DNA of 64,000 nt, taken from assembly GCA_964016885.1 (NCBI GenBank), contig OZ024740.1:112902001-112966000 (forward strand), read 5' to 3'. This document shows, piece after piece, positions 54,412 to 64,000 of this stretch. Numbering within the stretch: the first letter of the stretch is position 1; each line of letters begins with the position of its first letter. Below the pieces are notes generated by a model. The model did no database searches. It was not told the DNA's origin and saw nothing but the letters and a program-made list of their open reading frames with translations. Origin of the DNA: Eledone cirrhosa. Its lineage: Eukaryota. Both the position numbers and the translations under genes were made by a program.

Positions 54412-55005
54412 TCATAGATTGAGTTAAAATCTCAAAATAGTCTTTTACAATTAAATACCTCAAAGAAGGAAATCTTTCCGAGCCGTGTAATATAATTGGA
54501 TATTTATCCAATTATATTACACGACTCGGAAAGATTCCCTTCTTTGAGCCATTTAATTGTAAAAGACTATTTTGAGTTTTTAACTCAATCTATGATATTC
54601 TCGGCTCCGTATGTATGTAGAACTAACTTTAGTCTCATAAACCCAGCTGCTATTTTTAGCAACATGAGTATGGGACGCGTTAGGCGCTGTAACATGTGCG
54701 TTTATACCCGCGCATCGTTCAGTCTTCTTAGATCCTTTGAAGTACGAACTTTTTCTGGATACCCGCAGAAGAGCACAGGAATTCTAGCTTTCACTTAATA
54801 ATTCTTGCGAAACAGATTTATGCCTGTCCTGGTATCATAGGCTGTTTTACCGATAAAGGTTCGTTATTTTTATTGATTTATTAAGTTAAATCGAGTCAGG
54901 CAAACCATATTGTTTTAAATTAGTATCTTTCAACCTAGCTCACTTGGTCATTTTCAATTGGAACACATGTATACTTATATCTGTGTTCATCCCTCTCATA
55001 TATCC

Positions 55006-55010
<5 letters not shown>
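54411..55010. mobile_element. Fold-back element in (TA)n
   Basis: Arms of ~90 bp centred near 54504; shares sequence with 30570-30695. Confidence 0.65.
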
Positions 55011-55059
<49 letters not shown>

Positions 55060-55061
<2 letters not shown>

Positions 55062-56365
55062 AGATAAATCTACCAAAATAAACGGTAATGTCCAATCCCT
55101 ATGAAGAACTCAATGTAATCTAAATATAGAAGATATCATGAAAAGAGAATGCATTCAAAATTTAACGATAAAAATCATAGGAAAACAGAGTCAAGATAAA
55201 TTAATAAAAACAATGAAATAAAAACAAAGAAGAGGTTCGTTATATTTTAAAAAAATATAAGAGTGAGGTATATATTAATTAAGTTTATAGTATTTGAAGG
55301 TTTTTCTAATTCTATGATTGCATGATATAATTAATTCCTGTCGCTTATTTAATAGGATATCATTAGATTTCATGATTTCAAATAGTGCTTGGGAGCATAA
55401 CCTACACTCATATCTACTATTTTGATAAGGAGTGGCCCTTTTTACAAATTATTATAATATTTTTTTAAATTTAGTTTACCTATAATTAAATATTTACTAC
55501 AAAGAATTTCATAATTTTATTTCCCCCTTGCAACTCACTTTACCTAATTTTATCATTATCCTCACTACTTCTTTTAACCACATCCCCTATCTATCACACT
55601 CAATACCTAGGATTAGTAAATATAAATAATATCTTTAATATTATGGTTGTTTAGATAGATACACTACTTTTTATAAAATTTTATCTATTTCAGTCTTTCT
55701 ATATATATTTTTTATTTCTTTTTTTAAAATTTCTTTTATTTCTTTATTTATCACATCTATAAGAATTAATATAATTTTAACTCTGTAAGTATACCTATCA
55801 ATTAATTTAATTTCCTTTTATGTATGTAGGTTCCTTAAAATTTAAACAGGTGTAGTATTTCTCCCTAACCATCTCATCCCACAAAAAATTCTTTTCCCTA
55901 TGCTTTTAACAACATTCTTTAATAACATCAATTTTTTTTGGGTGGGTGGGGAATCCTTCACTATCTCATTAACTTGACCTCATTTTAACCCATACCTTTC
56001 TCTTCCCCATTCTTTTCATTCAAAGCATACATTTACATTCCCCCACTCCTAGCATAACATTTCCACTACGGTTATTCTATCAACTTGACCTCTAACTTTT
56101 CTATTGGTCAATTCAAAACCTGTTCCCAAACAGACGTTTTGTATTAATACATTCTTTAAATAAACATACTTCATCATTTCTGAAGATGGCATATATAAGT
56201 GAAGGTATGAATATCTCCTCTGATAATTTGTAATATTTTTTACAAAGATCTTTAATATGATATACATACTAACATACACATATATATCCCAGAAACGATC
56301 GTAAAATGATGATTTTTTTTAATATAAGGAACCTGTTCTTTGTTTTTATTTCATTGCTTTTATTA

Positions 56366-56372
<7 letters not shown>
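55060..56372 (+). mobile_element. Diverged relative of the 43200-46168 PLE end, with HHR
   Basis: Matches both the tail and the right arm; HHR 56171-56312 (CTGAAGA..GAAA-CGATCG-TA). Confidence 0.75.
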
Positions 56373-56424
<52 letters not shown>

Positions 56425-56516
56425 CATACATATATATTATATCATCTATCTATGTTAATACAGGGAACAAAAGCGGTACCCAAGGTTTCTAGGTTCAAAT
56501 TCGACTATATATATAC

Positions 56517-56634
<118 letters not shown>

Positions 56635-56643
56635 AATGTATAA

Positions 56644-56694
<51 letters not shown>

Positions 56695-57554
56695 CATGTA
56701 TGAAGTTGCTGCAGTGAGTATGTATGTAACTATAACGTAGTTTTTTTTTTTTAAATGTAGTATTTATCTACCATCATATCCAAAATGTGTTAGTCATTGA
56801 AAAACCATAGTAGCATAGTTCACCGTCTAGATAAAGAGATCGAAGTTTGACCAATGTTTGAACAATTGAAGATGACTGCATCACGTTAAAAATCTGTCAA
56901 CATGCACGATGTTTGAAATAAAACCTACATCTCCTTTGGGGAATAGGATAAAGATAAATTTTGAGAACCTTTTCTGAAGTTGCAAACTTCTCTTATTCTG
57001 TTTACAGTGTCTCATGACACGAATAAAACGCTGTTCTACACGTAAAACAAATGTTTGTTTAAGTCCCCGTCTCTATAGATTTATTGTAAATCATTAGAAG
57101 CACAAAAATCCCATGTTTATCTATTCCATCTTCTTATTACCGCTTTAAACCTATCAGAATAGCTTCGGACTTTTTCATCCATCCTTTTCGAAAAGGAAAC
57201 TTAGAATCGATACAAATAAGTACCATTAATATACAGAGATAAGTAGTGGAGCATTATGAGCGATATCAGGAAGGTCTAGAACCTTCAGATGAGGCAGAGG
57301 GATGGGCGTGGGGAAACATTATTTTTACTATATAGAGATATGTAAAGACGTTCAAATCCTTTCTACTAAACCGTGATATATTTGTTTGAGTAAAATAAAC
57401 GAAGAGTTAATTATTAAAGGATAAAATATACAGCGTTAATACCGTGTACGTGTACAACAGCAATATCTTTCTGATTAAACGAACATACAATGATTATCAA
57501 CTAATGCATTATTATTATTGTTGTTATTGCAGTTATTATTTGTATTATTATGGG

Positions 57555-57985
57555 AAGGGCGTTGAACTGGCAGAATAATTAAAGCGTCAGACAAATGCTT
57601 TGTGGCATTTGCTCCGGCTCTTTACGTTCTGAGTTCAAATACCGCCGAGGTTCTCTTTATCTTTCACCCTTACGGGGTTGATAAAATAAAGTTACAGTCA
57701 AGTACTGGGGTCGATTTAATCGATTTAATCGATTTGTTCGCCTATGTCAGAAACCATTATTTTAAGAGCGGTGGTTTGGCAGTAACACTAGACCGACGGA
57801 TGACATGCCTGGTGGCATATAGTCACGATCACTTACTTTTTGAGTTCAAATCCCGCTGAAGTCAACTTTAACTCTCATCCTTACGGGGTCGATAAAATAA
57901 AGCAATAGTAATGTGCTGGGGTAGATTAAAACGATTTCACCCTTACCCGAAATTGTTGGCTTTGTGCCTAATTCAGAAAGAATTA
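57555..57985 (+). mobile_element. Two tandem degenerate tRNA-type SINEs
   Basis: GAGTTCAAAT.CCGC and C.TTACGGGGT.GATAAAATAAAG each occur twice. Confidence 0.7.
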
Positions 57986-58429
57986 TTGAAGAAAAAATGT
58001 AGAGCACCACAATCAAAATGTGGACATGTATAACAGGCAATTTTGCATTGGTTAGCCGCTGTAGGAACCCCGAGTATATTTTTCGGTCATGAACCATTTT
58101 TATATACACTAACATTCTCTTTGGAGAAGTGGGAGCCTCTCATATTCTGAACCGAGTGAAATTTGTTAACGGGCATTACGGAAACCAATGATCTGATAAC
58201 ATATAAAGAGTTATAGCACGAGGTACATATCAGTTCATTAATATTGCAGGTGGAGTACTGATTTACACTTTGGCTAAAACAAATAAATCTTTGGATACAG
58301 AATTCATGGAAGGTTTGTTTCCAAAGATCGAGCAGGATATGAAAAGATTAGTAAGAGAAGATATAGGATTAGATATTAATGGAATGGCTGTAACGATGAA
58401 ATGATGGGTACAATGTTATGAGGTCTAAT

Positions 58430-59410
58430 TGTCGCTCAGATTAATTTTGCCTTTCCTCTTTGCGATGTCGATAAAATAAAGTACCAGTTAATCGACTTTT
58501 CGCCTTAACCACACTATAATTTGCTGGGTTTGTGTCTAAATCAGAAACTATATTCTAAGACCAGTATCACACATTGACAATCAAAAGTAGCATACGAGAG
58601 AAATGAGGAACTGTTACACCCTGGACTGGTACTTTATTTTATCAATACAGAAATGATGAAAAGAAAACTTGGCCTCGGTGACACTTGAACTGATTATGCA
58701 GAAAGCCGAAACAGAAACTGCAAGGTGTTTAAATCCACGCTCTAACGATTCTCCTACCCCTCTTGTGTAAGTGATCCTGGTGCGTTTTGTTTTTAAACTT
58801 TCAGGGTTCTACTATTCCCACATTAGACCTCCCCTATTTTGCTGTTTGGTTAAGGAGGAAAGTACAGTGCCTGTGACGTTTTTCAGGGCTCCCTGAACTG
58901 GTGGGAGGAAGGTAATATTAAAGTATAGATCTGGTCTGAATGCTTGCAACAGGGTGGACTCCACTGAAGCACACAAGAGACAGTTCTTCAGAATGAAGAC
59001 AGTTTAGTTCCTCTCCACCATCGTCTGATTTCGTTAGGTTCAACAGCACCACCTGTAACTTAGGTGCCTTTAGTCGAGCCCACTCTGTTGGAAACATTGG
59101 GACTAGATTTCTGGTTTAACGATACCTTCCTCCATCTTTCCCTCCAGTTTGAGAGGCCTTGAAAAGATTCACGGTTATTGTATTCCCACACCAAATAAAC
59201 AGTGAAAAAAAAAATGATTACACCAAACAACAAAATAGGCCACAGATAGATTTTGAACTCAGAACACATAGCGCCTTCGACGCTCTAACGATTCTGCCTA
59301 TTTGCCGCGGTGTACTGGTACTTTATTGTATCAACGCCGAAAGAACGAAAGTCACAGCTCATTTCAAAGGCATTCGAACTCATATCATAGAGAGTTAGAA
59401 TAAATACACT
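58430..59410. mobile_element. Scattered old SINE fragments (58430-58550 +; 58620-58760 -; 59250-59410 -)
   Basis: Partial core and B-box motifs. Confidence 0.5.
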
Positions 59411-59681
59411 CTAATCCGCACCCTTTTTTCTTTCTTTCATTGTTGCTTTACCGTCTACTAATATTTCTGAACCAATCCTATTTGAGACCTCCTTATACAT
59501 TTCTTAGATAATAATCTGGCTAATAAGCTTATTTCCAATCTAAACATGGTATCGTTTCGTTTCTCATATTCCAAACATTTTCTATTCTGTCTTAAATTTC
59601 GTTTTACTAGTTATTCGTTAGTCTGTTTGGACTGTGTGCTACTTTAAAGTATGCGATTGTTAAATATATATGTGAGTTTCT

Positions 59682-59761
<80 letters not shown>

Positions 59762-60006
59762 TTTCCATTGCTCTCTATCCCCCTCCCCTTTTCTCTGTCT
59801 CTTTGCCTAGTTTTGCATAAAATTAAATCTCCTTGTGATTTGAGACCATTTTTTTACAAATCCTGTTTTCTTTACTTCTTCGCTAAAGGTTGCGGTAAAT
59901 TTTTACATAGATTTTGGTTCCAGTTGAATTAAATCTTTATTCCCCAGATATATGTGAATACATAATTGGTGAATTAGATAGTTGCTTTCGAACGCTATGT
60001 ATGTAT

Positions 60007-60055
<49 letters not shown>

Positions 60056-60063
60056 TATATATT

Positions 60064-60231
<168 letters not shown>

Positions 60232-60235
60232 TATT

Positions 60236-61207
<972 letters not shown>

Positions 61208-61268
61208 TATATATATAGAATAAGGAAAAGCGAAGTAGTTTCAGATGTTCAAGTCCTTTAATAATAAT

Positions 61269-61342
61269 GCTGTGATATATATTTCAGTGACGACACTGGC
61301 CACACTGTTCTGTGTGCGAGTGTCGTGTCATCATCAGACAGC
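61269..61342 (-). ncRNA. Type I hammerhead ribozyme (inverted copy)
   Basis: Reverse complement of 62340-62413. Confidence 0.8.
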
Positions 61343-62339
61343 TTGTTACATAATAAGGTTATGTTTCCGAGGCAATCCAAATAATAGGATAAACAAATAA
61401 TAGGATAAACCCCTATTTTCCTGCACCAAATCGCATTTGAACAGAGGCCCCCTCAATTCAATCTATACATGGACAGATGAACAATCATATGGATCATTTT
61501 GCATATATGTACTCTGTGTTTTTGCATTTATTCACTATTGGTTCTGTTCTTTTCTTTTGTGTAATTTATGTCTGTTTTCCTTTGATTTTGTTCTATGTGA
61601 TGGAAATTAAAACTGTGTACCAGATTCACTAATGCCTGGAGCCCTGTAGTTATAATGTACGGCACTGTCGTTCAATATGTGGATAGAGTAACTGTGACAC
61701 TAGAATCCCTCTCAGAACATATTATTTAAACATCTCTCTCCATATTATTTACTCACTTCAGTCTATATTTTTACTCACCTCAATCCGAATTATCACCTGA
61801 AAAGAATTTTTTAAATTCTTTTTTTAATTCTTTAATTTCTAATTGTTAATTTCTTAATTGTTTAATTTATAATTTCTGATATTTGATTTAGGATTTTAAT
61901 TTTTATTTCCAACTCTCACTCTTAACTTCCAACGTAAAACCATGATACCTAGAATAAGTTTATTTTCCCTTATAAGGTGATGGTCAGTCGTACCGTCAAC
62001 GCTTAGTGAGGGGTAGTATTATGACCTGTAAAAACTAACATTCTCCCATCCCCTCTGGCTCTCGGCTGACTGCCACAGCCGTGATGGGTAGCAGTAAAAT
62101 ATGGTACAGGCATTGGTGGGCCATTGTTTTGGATGACAGGGTGAACTGACTAAGCACATTTCGTTGAAGTCTGCGGTGGCGAATGGTCAACTTCCTTCGG
62201 ACATGCGCTTGCGCAGGCCGGTGGGGGTGAATTGGTACTCACAAGGGAGCGGATGAAAAACCCAAAGACACGCAATTCATCCGTTCCCTTGTCGATCCAA
62301 TTTAGATTGCCTCGGAAACATAACCTTATTATGTAACAA

Positions 62340-62413
62340 GCTGTCTGATGATGACACGACACTCGCACACAGAACAGTGTGGCTAGTGTCGTCACTGAAA
62401 TATATATCACAGC
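62340..62413 (+). ncRNA. Type I hammerhead ribozyme
   Basis: GCTGT/ACAGC; CTGATGA 62345-62351; ACGACACT/AGTGTCGT; GAAA 62397-62400; TATATA; TC. Confidence 0.8.
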
Positions 62414-62536
62414 ATTATTATTAAAGGACTTGAACATCTGAAACTACTTCGCTTTTCCTTATTCGATATTTACTCCGTCACTCCTATGTGGAAAAAGTAC
62501 GTTGAGTGCTTGAATTGAATTGCATCAATATTAACC

Positions 62537-63140
<604 letters not shown>

Positions 63141-63142
63141 TA

Positions 63143-63510
63143 TGATGGCTGCGCCCTCATTATCGAGTATGGCCACTGCACGATATACCATTATCAATAA
63201 TTATTAATTAATTCTATCCGGGAATATCTGTGCGTGAAGATTTTTTTTGTAAGTGAGGAAAGACTGTGCACTGAGCCAATCCCACTCTCTGAGCGACAGT
63301 AGCTATAACCCGAAAAGAAGAAAAGATCAACATCATCGGTAACTACTGAGCCGCAGGTTTTATATCGGGTTTTATATCGCAGGTTTTATAGCAGGTTTTA
63401 TATCCTGAGTTGCCTTCTCCTAGAAGAATGCCCTGACAAAGGCAAGGCGTCCTTCACTCCCAGTAGTTTAACCGCGCGATCGGGTATCCAGACCGACTAT
63501 TTCTATGTCC
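63143..63510 (-). mobile_element. Non-autonomous RTE-related element
   Basis: Shares the terminal hairpin with 14921-14965 and 17690-17720, and the CTAGGAGAAGG motif with 17350. Confidence 0.55.
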
Positions 63511-64000
63511 CCACGGATATACATACACATGCACCCATGCATACACACATATACATATACATACATATGCACATGTGTATATACATATTTACGCACTTTT
63601 GGATGGCCGTTGACCCTTATGAGTTCTTCAGCCCTGTATATACATACACATACATACACACATACATACATACATACATACATACATACATACATACATA
63701 CATACATACGCATGTATACATATATATCCATACACATACACATAAACTATGAGTTTATATAGAGAGCTTTGTGAATAATATATTTTCATATAGTGTGGGT
63801 TTGACGGGTTGATATTAATTAGCAGCAGTACTAACACAGCGTGACTGAGAAAAGAGGCGTATACAATATGGTTCAAAGCATATAAAATACGTCAATAATA
63901 AAAACAACAACATATATGTCCCGCTGATTTAAATATACATCCCCATGGATTTATTTGCAACAAATGTTTATATATATAAGTTGATAAATTATTTACACTA

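Noticed and set aside
56760-59170. Unique-looking sequence between SINEs as possible exons
   Set aside because: No sustained ORF or recognisable homology; RNA-seq would be needed.

Overview
AT-rich, microsatellite-dense animal DNA, probably cephalopod (Octopus-like; inferred from SINE families recognised from memory). No host gene is supportable, and nearly all ORF-track entries are microsatellite artefacts. The window is a retroelement mosaic: three head-to-tail L1/Tx1-clade LINE copies in a (TATC)n tract, RTE LINE fragments, R4/Dong-like RLE fragments in (CATA)n, two decayed Penelope-like elements (PLEs) plus GIY-YIG remnants, tRNA-type SINEs, a non-autonomous Helitron and a Tc1/mariner MITE. 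The most striking signal is a set of unrelated short non-coding elements, mostly in (TA)n. They carry about 20 minimal type I hammerhead ribozyme (HHR) motifs with palindromic or tiny stem III and are arranged as fold-back palindromes or tandem, retrozyme-like units. Several also share a covarying hairpin (YRCTY...RAGYRYY) in the unpaired 3' tail. All alignments were done by eye, so boundaries are approximate.
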